A stretch of 53,636 nucleotides of DNA from Promethearchaeota archaeon. GTDB lineage: Archaea; Asgardarchaeota; Lokiarchaeia; Sigyniarchaeales; SOKP01. The DNA lies in contig JBHLPW010000034.1 in the NCBI GenBank assembly GCA_048939015.1, forward strand, positions 1 to 53,636, written 5' to 3'. A program made the translations under genes and the position numbers. The notes under the pieces are model-generated. The model was not told where the DNA came from. It saw only the letters and a list, made by a program, of their open reading frames with translations, and made no database searches. Of the stretch, positions 9,754 through 20,608 are shown one piece after another. Position 1 is the first letter of the stretch; each line of letters opens with the position of its first letter.

Positions 9754-10137
9754 ATGATTAAATCAATATTAGTTTGTGATTCCCAAGGTTATCCTTTCTA
9801 TTCTAAGAATTTCGATTCCGATTTGGGTGATATAGATCCTACAATTTTTAGTGGATTAATATCTGCTATCGGAGCTATAGGAAAACAATTATTTAAAGAG
9901 GAGATTGCTACAATATCTTATGGTGATAAATACGAAATAGCGATTATAACCAAAGAGATATTCGGAACCCAAAAGTCTATATATTTTGTCTTTATAATTG
10001 AAGGTGAACCGGATTTAAAATTAATGAAGCAGTTGAGTACGAATATTTTTATTGAAACAAAGCAGGTCTTAAAAGATCCTGATACAGCTAAATTAGACAT
10101 TAAGCAAAAAGTGGATAGAATTTTAGCAAACTTATAA
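9754..10137 (+). CDS. Stand-alone longin/roadblock-like domain protein
   Basis: MIKSILVCDSQGYPFYSK...DPTIFSGLISAI pattern typical of Asgard longin-like proteins. Confidence 0.7.
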   Translation: MIKSILVCDSQGYPFYSKNFDSDLGDIDPTIFSGLISAIGAIGKQLFKEEIATISYGDKYEIAIITKEIFGTQKSIYFVFIIEGEPDLKLMKQLSTNIFIETKQVLKDPDTAKLDIKQKVDRILANL

Positions 10138-10191
10138 TGAATAAAAAAGATTAATTGAATCAAATTTTCTAAATTCCGAGAGAAATTATAC

Positions 10192-10422
10192 ATGAAGAAA
10201 AAAGAATTAAATAAATTTTTTAATCGGTTAGAAGAATTATTAGAAGTTAATGGCTGCAATGGAAGAGATTTAACTAATGCAGAAATAGTTCTAGAGGAAA
10301 TGAACATCCCTATAGATGAGAGAAAAGAATTTTTAGAAAATTGCAGAAAATCTGGTGGATTTTGTGATTGTGAAATTTTTTTAAATTCTGAAGAATATTT
10401 AAGAGAAATATATGATAAATGA
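10192..10422 (+). CDS. DUF2695-like small protein
   Basis: GGFCDCEI motif plus an upstream Cys. Confidence 0.75.
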   Translation: MKKKELNKFFNRLEELLEVNGCNGRDLTNAEIVLEEMNIPIDERKEFLENCRKSGGFCDCEIFLNSEEYLREIYDK

Positions 10423-10596
10423 AATATAGTCTGGATTTCTAAAAAGGAAGATTGTTAATAATATGTATGGAGTAAAAGGAGTTAATTATATAATAAATTA
10501 GATATTTATTCTGTTTATTTTGTAAAAAAAAAATTCGGTTTTCCCATTTTAACTTTATTAACTATCCCTATAAATAATTATAATTGATATTCTCTA

Positions 10597-11487
10597 TTAA
10601 AACCATTTAACTTTAAGAGGTTTACGTGCTGGAATTCGATAATAATGTGCTTTTGGATATCCTATAGCTAGTGTGTATCCTGCAATATGTTTTAATGGAA
10701 GTTTTACAATTTTTCCAACAGGTCTAAATTCATTAAAAAAAGCCGTAATATATCCAAGTGAACATGTTCCTAAACCTAAGGTTTCAGCTGCTAACATAAT
10801 ATGACAAGCTGCTAAGCTACAATTTTCTATTGGAGTTAAAGCATCTTTAGGGGTATGAATTATAATAATTTCAGTGTTCCAACGCCAAACTTCCATTCCC
10901 GATTGAATTCTTTTTAGATTCCTTTTGAATGAAGGAAGGACATCTTCAATCTTTTTTATCATAGCTGGAGGAAATGTTGTTTCTAAGGTTTTTCTAGCTT
11001 GAGGATCTTCAAAAGTCTTGACTAGATTTGTAACTTGATTTGTGCATTCTTCTGATAAATTTTTTAGAATTTCTCGATCTTGTACTACTGTAAAATGAAC
11101 ATTCTCTTGGTTATGTCCTGTAGGTGAGTATTTAGCCGCGAACTCTAAAATTTTCTCAATTAATTCTTTTGGAACTGGTTTATCTTTAAATTGTCTTCGA
11201 GATCTTCTTGTTATGAACAAATTCGTTAATGAATCAAATGATGGTAAGTTGTTTTTTGAAGGAATAGCTTTAAGTGTTTCATCCTCATGGCTTTTTAGTC
11301 TTATTGCATTTACTGGACAAACCGCTACACATTTTCCACATTCAATGCAATATTCTTCCATTTCTTCTCTGAATCTTAAATTATCTGACTCAAAATAATA
11401 AAAATAACACTCATCAGCGCAAGCTTTGCATTTTGTACAAGAATCTATATCTATTATTACTTTAGAATTTTCCAATACCATTTTCAA
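10597..11487 (-). CDS. Nitroreductase with N-terminal 4Fe-4S ferredoxin domain
   Basis: CTKCKACADEC and CIECGKCVAVCP; RRSRRQF; PTGHN.E; LAAETLGLGTC. Confidence 0.92.
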   Translation of the reverse strand: MKMVLENSKVIIDIDSCTKCKACADECYFYYFESDNLRFREEMEEYCIECGKCVAVCPVNAIRLKSHEDETLKAIPSKNNLPSFDSLTNLFITRRSRRQFKDKPVPKELIEKILEFAAKYSPTGHNQENVHFTVVQDREILKNLSEECTNQVTNLVKTFEDPQARKTLETTFPPAMIKKIEDVLPSFKRNLKRIQSGMEVWRWNTEIIIIHTPKDALTPIENCSLAACHIMLAAETLGLGTCSLGYITAFFNEFRPVGKIVKLPLKHIAGYTLAIGYPKAHYYRIPARKPLKVKWF

Positions 11488-11603
11488 AATGCACCTACTA
11501 AGATGTTATTTTAAACAGTATGTAGAATCTTTAATAATAATTTCTATAAAGAATTATTAAAAAATTATAAAATTTATAAAGTTTGAAATAGAATTGAATA
11601 ATC

Positions 11604-13670
11604 ATGAATTCCATTAAAAATCTACATAAAAAAGTAAATTCTGAACTTGCATTATTAACGGTGATGTTTTTATTCTTTTTCCAATTAGTTGGCGATCTAT
11701 TTGAATCGATATATACGTTTGAACTTTTAGGGATGGGAATGGATGAAAAAGTGTTAGGAGTATTATTCCTTTTAACCCCAGTTATCATGTTAGTATTTAG
11801 ACGTAAGATTCCTAACTATTTTTATGAAGTTCTAGCAGTAGCTACTATAGTAACACGCTTGATCTCTCCATTTTTAGACTCTGCTAGTAAAATTATTATT
11901 TCAGGTTTAGGCGTTGGATTTTTCTTGTTATTTCTTCCTTCGTATTACTTTCAAGGAATAAATAACTATAGTACAGCAAATGAAGAAAAGGTAAGTTTAA
12001 AATTTGGTGCTGGGATTACTTCGGCTGTTCTTCTTTCGATTACTTTAAGAACGCTAAATTCTACGTCGGATATTTCTACTTATGGAATATTCCAGATAAT
12101 TGGATGGGTTCTTGCTTTAATCGCCATTCTTACAATTTATAACCAAATAAGGGAAAAAAGAGTAAGTGATTCTGCTAATACACCAATAGAAAGTTCCCTG
12201 AACTCTCACAATGAAGAAGAAAAGAGAAAAGGACGTTTTAAAGGTGTTAAGTTACTTTCACTTGGGCTTTTTGGAGTTTTGACACTCAATTATTTTGCTT
12301 TCACTAGTCCAACTGTTATTTCAAGATGGACAGAAGGAGACTATATTACAATTACAATAGCAATTGCAGTTATTATAGCACTAACTTTATTAGTACTAAC
12401 ATTCAAACCAAATCTTATTGGTAAATTAAATTCACGTATACTTTGGATATGGAATGGTTTATTTATAATTTCACTCGTTTTAACTATAGCAGTTCATACA
12501 TTTCCATTTCCAGCTAGTCCTGCTTCAAATCCAGTGATTATAAATCGACCAATTGGGTGGTACTATTATATTCCATTAGTAATAATGGTAGCATTAATTC
12601 CTATTGTATTTATTGATTTTACACTTTTATCTCGAGAAATTATTAGGCAAAAACCCACTCCATCGAAATTAGGTGCAGGTTTTGCTGTTGGAGGACTTTT
12701 TCTCATGTTAATGTCATTTGTACTTATCTTTACAAATGTGTGGGGGTACGTAGAACCAGTAAGTAATCTATTTCGCAATTTATTCTGGCTTCCTTTCTTA
12801 CTTGTTGGTGTTTCACTCCCAATTATGGGAAAATCGATATTTAAAAAACGACAATTAGAATTCAAGATAATACTTACTAATATACGAGATAAAAAAATAG
12901 TAGCATCATTCATAGCATTACTTTTAATTGGAACAAGTGTTTCAGCTTTGGTATGGGAATTACGACCAAAAGTACAAGATACGACAGGAATTACTTCTAT
13001 TACTATTATGGCATATAATATTCAGCAAGGAGTTAATGCTGCAGGGAATAAGAATTTTGATAATCAGTTGGCGGTTATTAAAGCAGTTAACCCAGATATT
13101 ATAGGTTTGTCAGAATCTGACACTGCAAGAATTTCATATAACAATTTAGATATTACACGTTATTTTGCTACTCACTTGAATTATTATTGTTTTTATGGAC
13201 CGAGAACAGTGACAGGAACTTTCGGCACTGCAATTCTATCGCGATATCCCATTTCAAATGCGAAAACAATTTTTAGTTACAGTAATGTTGATGAAATAGG
13301 CACAACTGAAGTTCAAATCCGAATAGGAGCTACAATTCTTAATGTTTTTTTAAATCACCCTGATGGAAATGCTGATGCTAAATCAACACATATGCAAACT
13401 TTATTAGATCAAATGAGCGGTAAAACGAATATAATTTCGTTAGGTGATTTCAATTTTAAAAATAGTACAGTCTATTATGATGATATAGTGGCAGAGTTAC
13501 AAGACGCATGGGTAAATGCAACATCTCGAGGAGTTGATGGTACAAGTTTTGATTTAGCTGATAGAATCGATCACATTTTCGTATCTCCTACTTTTACAGT
13601 GATAGAAACACGTTATATCAATAATCTTGAATCAGATCATCCAGCTGTATGGACAGAAATTCAAATTTAA
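11604..13670 (+). CDS. Multi-pass membrane protein with C-terminal endonuclease/exonuclease/phosphatase domain (CWH43/PGAP2IP-like)
   Basis: Many TM helices then YNIQQG, GLSESD, ILSRYPI, GDFN, RIDHIF, SDH EEP motifs. Confidence 0.8.
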   Translation: MNSIKNLHKKVNSELALLTVMFLFFFQLVGDLFESIYTFELLGMGMDEKVLGVLFLLTPVIMLVFRRKIPNYFYEVLAVATIVTRLISPFLDSASKIIISGLGVGFFLLFLPSYYFQGINNYSTANEEKVSLKFGAGITSAVLLSITLRTLNSTSDISTYGIFQIIGWVLALIAILTIYNQIREKRVSDSANTPIESSLNSHNEEEKRKGRFKGVKLLSLGLFGVLTLNYFAFTSPTVISRWTEGDYITITIAIAVIIALTLLVLTFKPNLIGKLNSRILWIWNGLFIISLVLTIAVHTFPFPASPASNPVIINRPIGWYYYIPLVIMVALIPIVFIDFTLLSREIIRQKPTPSKLGAGFAVGGLFLMLMSFVLIFTNVWGYVEPVSNLFRNLFWLPFLLVGVSLPIMGKSIFKKRQLEFKIILTNIRDKKIVASFIALLLIGTSVSALVWELRPKVQDTTGITSITIMAYNIQQGVNAAGNKNFDNQLAVIKAVNPDIIGLSESDTARISYNNLDITRYFATHLNYYCFYGPRTVTGTFGTAILSRYPISNAKTIFSYSNVDEIGTTEVQIRIGATILNVFLNHPDGNADAKSTHMQTLLDQMSGKTNIISLGDFNFKNSTVYYDDIVAELQDAWVNATSRGVDGTSFDLADRIDHIFVSPTFTVIETRYINNLESDHPAVWTEIQI

Positions 13671-13687
13671 CTTTTTTTTTCTTTTAA

Positions 13688-14194
13688 TTAATCTTCCCAT
13701 TGATAAGTGCACTTACAGTAATCATTACCCTGCATTATAGTTTTATTACGAATTAACTTAAGTTTTGGGTTAAAGACTTTGGCCATAGCATAATCAGGAT
13801 AACAACACATAGCATAACCCAGACCAGGTTCATTATTTTCTAAGAATGTTTTCGCCCAAAGACATTTAGTAAATTTGAATGTTAATTTATCTGATGTATC
13901 CTCAGTAATTGTAAAATCAAGACATTGTTGCATAAATTCAGAACTCATTTGTTCTTTATATGCTTCTTTAAATTCTTCAAAATTCGCTATTGGTTTTTTA
14001 TTTTTTAAAAGTCTGGCAATCAAAGTCTTGCCTTTTTTTTCATAAAGAGCTTTAATTTTATCTAAGGCTTCCATTTGGTCCATAATTGGAGTTAGTGCTC
14101 TTACCATTTCAGTAATTCCATTAAATCTTGTTCTAAAATAATCTTCATAAGATATTTCAAATTTACCCTTAAATTTATCATTAGGATCTGACAT
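13688..14194 (-). CDS. ATC hydrolase family protein
   Basis: KCLWA, CCYPD, R.KTIMQG...C motifs. Confidence 0.8.
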   Translation of the reverse strand: MSDPNDKFKGKFEISYEDYFRTRFNGITEMVRALTPIMDQMEALDKIKALYEKKGKTLIARLLKNKKPIANFEEFKEAYKEQMSSEFMQQCLDFTITEDTSDKLTFKFTKCLWAKTFLENNEPGLGYAMCCYPDYAMAKVFNPKLKLIRNKTIMQGNDYCKCTYQWED

Positions 14195-14354
14195 AATACA
14201 AATCTCGATGTTTTCTAAGTTCTTTTAAAAATATCTTTTCTCATATACTTTTGCATAATCAAATAAAAGAAATTTGAGAAATAGAATTATTTAAAGTCGA
14301 TGAATAGATTTTTAATACAACGAATTAATTTATCAAAAAAAAGGCGATTTTGAA

Positions 14355-17081
14355 ATGCGAGAAAAAAAGAATATTGTGAAACTCGTAACAGTATTAATTA
14401 TAACTGTAATTGTTATAACAATCTTTTCAATTCCATTGATAAGCATAATAGCACCCCTGGGAGATATAATTTTTCCTAGTAGTGGTATTTGGAATGTTCC
14501 AGCAGAAGTTCCTCAATATGAAAAGATATACATTCCCAGCCTAAATAACTCAGTTACTGCATATCGTGATGAGTGGGGTATACCACATATATACGCTTCT
14601 AATGAGAATGATTTGAGTTTTGCTTTAGGATATATACATGCCCAAGATAGATTATTTCAGATGGATTTAGCGCGACGACAAGTTAGAGGAAAATTATCTG
14701 AAGTAGTAGGGGATTTAGCTTTAGAAGAAGATAAATTTAATTTAGCAATGGGTATGGAATATTGGGCAAACCAAACTCTTCAAGATGCTATTAGAAGACA
14801 AGAATTAGGTGAAATTGATTTTCTCGATGCCTTTTATTCTTATGCTGATGGTGTTAATTATTATATAAATACTCATCAACATGATTTACCTATTGAATAT
14901 GCTCTGTTAGGATTCAAACCAGAAAAGTGGACACCATTAGATACTTTTTGTTATTCAAAGTATATGAGTAAAATGCTTACATGGCAATACGATGATTTAT
15001 ACAGATTACAAACCCTTGAGGCTTTAGGTCCAAGTAATTATAGCGATATTATGTCAGGGTCGACTTATGGACAAATTCCAATATGTCCTAATTATGGAGA
15101 ATATAATGACAGTTCTGAACTTCCTTATGATGGTGGTTCTTTGAAAATTAGTTCTACCGTTATAAAAACCGTTTCAAAATTTCTGAAAGACGTAGAAAAT
15201 ATACCATCTGAAAGCTCATTAATGGAACTTCAAGAGCAAAATATTATTGGCTCAAATAATTGGGTTGTTGATGGTGTAAAGAGTAGTACTGGAAAGCCAA
15301 TATTATGCAACGATATGCATTTAGCTTGGAATGAACCTGGAATTTGGTATGAAGCTCATATGGTTGATGAAAGTACAGGTTTAAATATTTATGGATTTAC
15401 ACTTGCCGGTGTGAATATCCCTATAGTAGGTCATACTGATTCTGTGGCATGGGGTTTTACTAACACAGGTTATGATGTAATGGATTGGTATTACTATGAA
15501 GAAGTTGATGATGATCATTATATTTACAAGGGCGATATAATACCATATGAAAAAAAAATCTATAATATTAATGTAAAAGATGGAGGGACACAGCAATTCA
15601 CTGTGAAAGAAACAGTTCACGGTCCAGTTCTTAGCAATTTTCTAGGAGGTGCAATTCCTGATTCTTTAGATGCTACAAATATAGTATTAGCACCAAAGTG
15701 GACAGCAAATAACGTAACTGGAGAATTTAGAGCATTATATGGATACGCTCATGCGAAAAACCGGGCAGATTTTGATCAAGCTTCAGAATATTTTCATAAT
15801 CCTGCTCAAAATCAAGTTTATGCAGATGTACATGGAACCATCGGCATAAGACCTACTGGGCTAGTACCCATAAGAAATGATACTCTAATTGAACCATGGC
15901 ATTTTGGGAATGGGACATTACCATATAACGGATCTAAAGGTGAAGGTGATTGGATTGGTTACGTTCCATTTAATGAATTACCCAATACTGTAAATCACTC
16001 TCAACATTACTTAGCTTCGGCAAATCAAATAGTGACTGGCCCTGGTTATAAAAAATATGCTCTTCAAAATAGTTATGCTAATGGATATCGAGCAAGAAGA
16101 ATAAATGAATTGCTAAATAATTCTGCTGATGGAACGGTAGGTATAGAAAAAATGAAAGAAATACAACTTGATGTTAAATCTACGGCAGCTAGAGCATTTA
16201 TTCCGTATCTCATTAATGCTACTGAAGAACTGCCTTCTTCTCAAAAGACACCAATGATGCTAGATGTTTTAACACAATTAAAAAATTGGAATTATGATAT
16301 GGATAAAGATTTAGCAGCACCAACTATATATCGTAAATGGCGTGATTATTTTAGCGAATATACCTTTAATGATGAATATTCAGCAGCAGGAGCACCAACG
16401 CGCCCTCAATTGAATGTGTTAGAAAAAATAACAAGGGAAGAACCTAATTCATTATGGTTTGATAATATTAGTTCTGTTATGATAGAGGATAGGAATTATA
16501 TAATGATAAAAGCTTTAAATGCAACAATTGATTGGCTTTTTGAATACTTTGGAACAAGTGAAGTTTCTACGTGGAGATGGGGGGCGCTACATAAACTTAT
16601 TTTTCCTCATCTCGTATTCGAAAGTTTCGACATTGGTCCGTTTGAAGGTGATGGAGAAGGATATACAGTTAATCCGTCAGGAGTGAGCATAAGGAATGGA
16701 GTAGGATATGCTCGAGGTGGAGCTTCTGAGAGAATGATAGTAGATTTCAGTGATTTACAAAACTGTTGGAGTGTTATACCATCAGGACAAAGAGGTGTTT
16801 CAAATTCGAAATATTATTCCGATCAAGTTGAAGAACTTTTCTTACAGGGTAAATACCATCGACAGTATTTCTATGATCAGAAAGAAGATTTTCCAAAAGT
16901 TCATATTGAATCTCAAATCATCTTTATCGCGTCAGAAGATCCTTTATTCCTTATAGAATTAACAACAGGAATAATTGTCGGTTGTTCAGTTGGGATTGTA
17001 GTTGCTATAGGCTGTTGGTATAAAAGAGAAGTACTCCGTTTGAGATTTAAAGAATTAAAAAGGAGATTCAGAGGTGAGTAG
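14355..17081 (+). CDS. Penicillin acylase family (Ntn hydrolase), membrane anchored at both ends
   Basis: RDEWGIPHIYA, HAQDRLFQMD, GSNNW nucleophile Ser, NDMHL, PSGQ; N- and C-terminal TM segments. Confidence 0.93.
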   Translation: MREKKNIVKLVTVLIITVIVITIFSIPLISIIAPLGDIIFPSSGIWNVPAEVPQYEKIYIPSLNNSVTAYRDEWGIPHIYASNENDLSFALGYIHAQDRLFQMDLARRQVRGKLSEVVGDLALEEDKFNLAMGMEYWANQTLQDAIRRQELGEIDFLDAFYSYADGVNYYINTHQHDLPIEYALLGFKPEKWTPLDTFCYSKYMSKMLTWQYDDLYRLQTLEALGPSNYSDIMSGSTYGQIPICPNYGEYNDSSELPYDGGSLKISSTVIKTVSKFLKDVENIPSESSLMELQEQNIIGSNNWVVDGVKSSTGKPILCNDMHLAWNEPGIWYEAHMVDESTGLNIYGFTLAGVNIPIVGHTDSVAWGFTNTGYDVMDWYYYEEVDDDHYIYKGDIIPYEKKIYNINVKDGGTQQFTVKETVHGPVLSNFLGGAIPDSLDATNIVLAPKWTANNVTGEFRALYGYAHAKNRADFDQASEYFHNPAQNQVYADVHGTIGIRPTGLVPIRNDTLIEPWHFGNGTLPYNGSKGEGDWIGYVPFNELPNTVNHSQHYLASANQIVTGPGYKKYALQNSYANGYRARRINELLNNSADGTVGIEKMKEIQLDVKSTAARAFIPYLINATEELPSSQKTPMMLDVLTQLKNWNYDMDKDLAAPTIYRKWRDYFSEYTFNDEYSAAGAPTRPQLNVLEKITREEPNSLWFDNISSVMIEDRNYIMIKALNATIDWLFEYFGTSEVSTWRWGALHKLIFPHLVFESFDIGPFEGDGEGYTVNPSGVSIRNGVGYARGGASERMIVDFSDLQNCWSVIPSGQRGVSNSKYYSDQVEELFLQGKYHRQYFYDQKEDFPKVHIESQIIFIASEDPLFLIELTTGIIVGCSVGIVVAIGCWYKREVLRLRFKELKRRFRGE

Positions 17082-17541
17082 AGTGAAAATCAAAGCTATT
17101 AAAGTTAAAATTAAACCTGAAAATAGGAATTTCCTTATTGCATTCATAATTACTACAATTCTTACTTTTATTCTAACATTTATTCCAATTTGGCAATTGA
17201 TTATAATTCCAGGTATAATAGGAGGTCTTCTAAATAAAACAATGAGACGTGGAATCTATAGTGGTGTTCTTGGAGTTTCAGTTGTGTGGATTTTCTATAT
17301 GATTTATAATATAAGCGTAAAAGGAGCTTATACTAGTCTAGATCAATTTGCGGGACTAATTTTTGGAGGATTGGGCTATGGTTGGGTTATACTAATCCTG
17401 GTACTATTATTAGGAGTATTATTTGGTGCTTTAGGAGGGGCAATAGGGAGTGGAATAACTATTTTGCTCGGACCTAAAATTTTTCATAAAACTTCTGAAT
17501 CAAATACTTCTGAAATAAAGAAAACAAATGTTAATCCATAA
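17074..17541 (+). CDS. Gly-rich membrane protein, translationally coupled to the acylase
   Basis: Overlaps the acylase stop; about 4 TM with GxxxG repeats. Confidence 0.7.
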   Translation: MSRVKIKAIKVKIKPENRNFLIAFIITTILTFILTFIPIWQLIIIPGIIGGLLNKTMRRGIYSGVLGVSVVWIFYMIYNISVKGAYTSLDQFAGLIFGGLGYGWVILILVLLLGVLFGALGGAIGSGITILLGPKIFHKTSESNTSEIKKTNVNP

Positions 17542-17678
17542 GTTTAATTCTTTTTTTATATTTATTCTTTTTTTATTTTTGATAAATAAAATTAAACAAT
17601 AAATTGCACAGATTGAGATAAAAATATATAATTGAAATTATAGAAAGATCATAAGGAGTATTAAAGGGGTATCATAAT

Positions 17679-18014
17679 ATGGAGAATGAAGTCGAAAAAA
17701 TAGAAGAAGGTGCTAAAAAGAAAGAAATCTATATTAAAGATAGAACAGATAAAGAGTTTGCTCCTAAAATTGATGAAATCGAATCACAATTAGGACCTAT
17801 TCGAGATGAATTCAACGCTTGTGAAAAATCTCTTGAGGAGATGAATTTAAGGATGAAGGAGTTAAAAAAGAGAAAGAACGAATTGCTACTTGCTGCACAA
17901 CCACTGATGAAAGAGTTAAAAGGTGTTAATAAGGAAAAAGCAAAACATTTGGAGAAGGAATTAAAATCAATCACTAAAGAAAAGGATACTAGGATTAAGG
18001 CTATTAAAAAATAA
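17679..18014 (+). CDS. Coiled-coil protein (paralog of 7148..7543)
   Basis: Heptad E/K-rich, shared motif with 7148..7543; SD-like GGGG upstream. Confidence 0.75.
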   Translation: MENEVEKIEEGAKKKEIYIKDRTDKEFAPKIDEIESQLGPIRDEFNACEKSLEEMNLRMKELKKRKNELLLAAQPLMKELKGVNKEKAKHLEKELKSITKEKDTRIKAIKK

Positions 18015-18036
18015 AAATTTAAAGTAAATATAGAAT

Positions 18037-19374
18037 CTAATTAATTTTGTACTGACTTTTCAAGAAATTTACTATATAATCTTTCACTTTATCTCGATCT
18101 GGTAAACTAGCAACCATGCCATAAATAGCAGCATCACCATCAGTAGATTCTCCGGGATTCTCAACAACATCATTAACTGTTTCTCTGAGATCTCTCAAGA
18201 AAGTGTCCACTATCTCGACATGGTGAGGATTAACCATCATGTGCAAAGCATTTGGAAATTGAATTCTGTCTAAATGCCAACCTTTCTTATCCATGCGATC
18301 ACCTAATTGATAGATATCTATTTTATCAGATGTAAACGAAAAGACACTCATTACGGGTTTTCCTATAATATATAATTCAGGTATTTGGTTAATCCCATTT
18401 ATTAATTTTTTTGAAGCATCCATAACGATTTTTGCCAATTTCAAATATCCATCCATTCCAAGATGTCTCATTGCTGCCCATGCGGCAGCGATTGCTCCAC
18501 CTGGGCGAGTACCTCTCATAGAGGGGGAAATGTATACGCCACCAGTCCAATCTGTGTATACGGAAAATTGATGTTTCCAAATCCTCTCTTTTCTATATAA
18601 GATTGTAGATGCTCCTTTTGCCCCATAACCATACTTATGAACATCTGCACTAATAGACGTCACACCGGGCACAGAAAAATCAAAGTCAGGAACTTCATAG
18701 CCAAGTTTTTTAACAAAGGGTAACATAAATCCTCCCAAACATCCATCAACATGTAATCCAATACCATGTTCTTGAGCAAGAATTCCCAATTCAGAAATGG
18801 GATCAACAACTCCTCTTGGGAAATCACAAGCTGAACCAACAAGTAATATAGTATTTTCTGTAATAGCATTTTTCATAGCATTTACATCTGCTCGATGAGT
18901 TTCATTATCAACAGGTACTTTAACTAGCTTTACTTTAAAATATTCAGCAGCTTTATCAAACGAGGGATGAGCTGAACTAGGTACCACCATCTCTGGTTCT
19001 CTTATGTTTGGAAACTTCTCTTCTGCCCAGTCTCTATAAGTTTTAACAGCCATAAGAAGGCTTTCAGTCCCTCCAGACGTCATACTTCCACAGCATCTTT
19101 TATCTCCATTAAATAAATCGATGGTCATAGAAATAACCTCGGTTTCAAATTTCCGTAAACTTGGAAACGCCATCGGGCTTAATGCATTCTTGGAAAAAAA
19201 CATTGTATAAGCTTTCTTAAGCATTTCAGTATGTTCATCCGTAGCATGATATACCAAACTCCATACTTTCCCATTTCTCCAGTTAATATCATCTTTACGT
19301 ATATTTTCCATATCTTTCAATAGATCTATTTCATGTATTCCCTTTTCTGGTAAAATAACTTTAGGTCTAGCCAT
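18037..19374 (-). CDS. PLP-dependent group II decarboxylase, sphingosine-1-phosphate lyase-like
   Basis: TSGGTES, AHPSFDKAA, LHVDGCLGGF, DFSVPGVTSISADVHKYG (PLP Lys), GTRPG, C-terminal AAIYGM as in the SPL/Dpl1 clade. Confidence 0.85.
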   Translation of the reverse strand: MARPKVILPEKGIHEIDLLKDMENIRKDDINWRNGKVWSLVYHATDEHTEMLKKAYTMFFSKNALSPMAFPSLRKFETEVISMTIDLFNGDKRCCGSMTSGGTESLLMAVKTYRDWAEEKFPNIREPEMVVPSSAHPSFDKAAEYFKVKLVKVPVDNETHRADVNAMKNAITENTILLVGSACDFPRGVVDPISELGILAQEHGIGLHVDGCLGGFMLPFVKKLGYEVPDFDFSVPGVTSISADVHKYGYGAKGASTILYRKERIWKHQFSVYTDWTGGVYISPSMRGTRPGGAIAAAWAAMRHLGMDGYLKLAKIVMDASKKLINGINQIPELYIIGKPVMSVFSFTSDKIDIYQLGDRMDKKGWHLDRIQFPNALHMMVNPHHVEIVDTFLRDLRETVNDVVENPGESTDGDAAIYGMVASLPDRDKVKDYIVNFLKSQYKIN

Positions 19375-19453
19375 TTTATTTTCACTTAAAACTATATTTT
19401 AATTAAATATGTTTAGTTTTCTGTAAAATAATAACTATTCTAGCTTAGATTTT

Positions 19454-20608
19454 TTAAATTTGCAATGGATATTTCCCATATTCTGAAGTAGCTTCAATCA
19501 TCCATTTTAAGCGATCAACAGATATCTCTGGGTGAAAGTTAGCGGGAGATAACATAAATCCGCCTCCATGACCCATTGCTGTTATTGCATTCTTTACTGC
19601 TTGAATTACTTCATCTTTTTGTGCCTTTACTAATATATGTCTCGTATCGATGTTTCCCGACAGACACAATTTATCTCCTACTTTCTTTTTAACTAAATAT
19701 GGATCTACTAATGGCGGTTCAAGGCATTGAAGTCCATCAAAACGAGAATCAACTATGAAATCTAAAAGACTAGTTATATCGCCATCTGTATGTAAAATGT
19801 ATTTACCACCCAAATCATGAACTAAGTCTGCTACTTCTTGATAACATGGTAATAAATATTTGTTAAAGTATTTGGGATTTATCATTGGCCCTCCACTATG
19901 AGCAATATCTCCGCCTTCTAGGAAAATCTTAGCGCCACAATCTGAGTATGCTTTAAATACTGTTAAAACGAAATCTGTAGTAAATCTGAAACGTTCTTCA
20001 ATTAATTTAGGATCATTTTTCAATGCTCTCACAAAATTTGTCATTCCCATTCCTTGCCAGACAGGGGGAAATACTGAAGTGAGGGCGTTTTGAGCAAATA
20101 TACATATTTCATCCCTAATATCACGACACTTTCTTAAAACTCCCTTATAGAATTTTTTCGCTCTTCTGTATTCTTCTTTTAAATCTGGTTTAAGATATTT
20201 TTCCCAATCATCCCTATTTTTTATATATCCCCCATAATAATCGGGGTAAGGGTTACCATCAATATTTCTTACCTTATGTCTCTTCCCAAATATGTCTGTC
20301 ATCTCAGTTTGACTTTCGAGTAAAAATGGGATATATTGTACACCCACACCATCAAAACCAAGTTTGTAACCTGCTCGAACACACTTTGCAAAGACTCCAA
20401 TTTCAATATCATCAAGGATTTGATTAATTTTGTCTACCCACTCATCTGGGTATTTTTGTTCCATTTCATCGAAAATATCAAAGGCAGTTCTTTCTGGCTT
20501 TCCTAAAATTTTATCTGCAACATTTCCATCAATATTTATTGTATGTGTTGGAATTCTATCTGGTTCTTCAAGATTAAGTGCCATCCAGATTCGATCAAAA
20601 CTATTCAT
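19454..20608 (-). CDS. Uroporphyrinogen decarboxylase/MtaA-like family protein
   Basis: EPDRIP, GDIA, LHTDG, LEP, LSGNID, GGGFMLS. Confidence 0.85.
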   Translation of the reverse strand: MNSFDRIWMALNLEEPDRIPTHTINIDGNVADKILGKPERTAFDIFDEMEQKYPDEWVDKINQILDDIEIGVFAKCVRAGYKLGFDGVGVQYIPFLLESQTEMTDIFGKRHKVRNIDGNPYPDYYGGYIKNRDDWEKYLKPDLKEEYRRAKKFYKGVLRKCRDIRDEICIFAQNALTSVFPPVWQGMGMTNFVRALKNDPKLIEERFRFTTDFVLTVFKAYSDCGAKIFLEGGDIAHSGGPMINPKYFNKYLLPCYQEVADLVHDLGGKYILHTDGDITSLLDFIVDSRFDGLQCLEPPLVDPYLVKKKVGDKLCLSGNIDTRHILVKAQKDEVIQAVKNAITAMGHGGGFMLSPANFHPEISVDRLKWMIEATSEYGKYPLQI

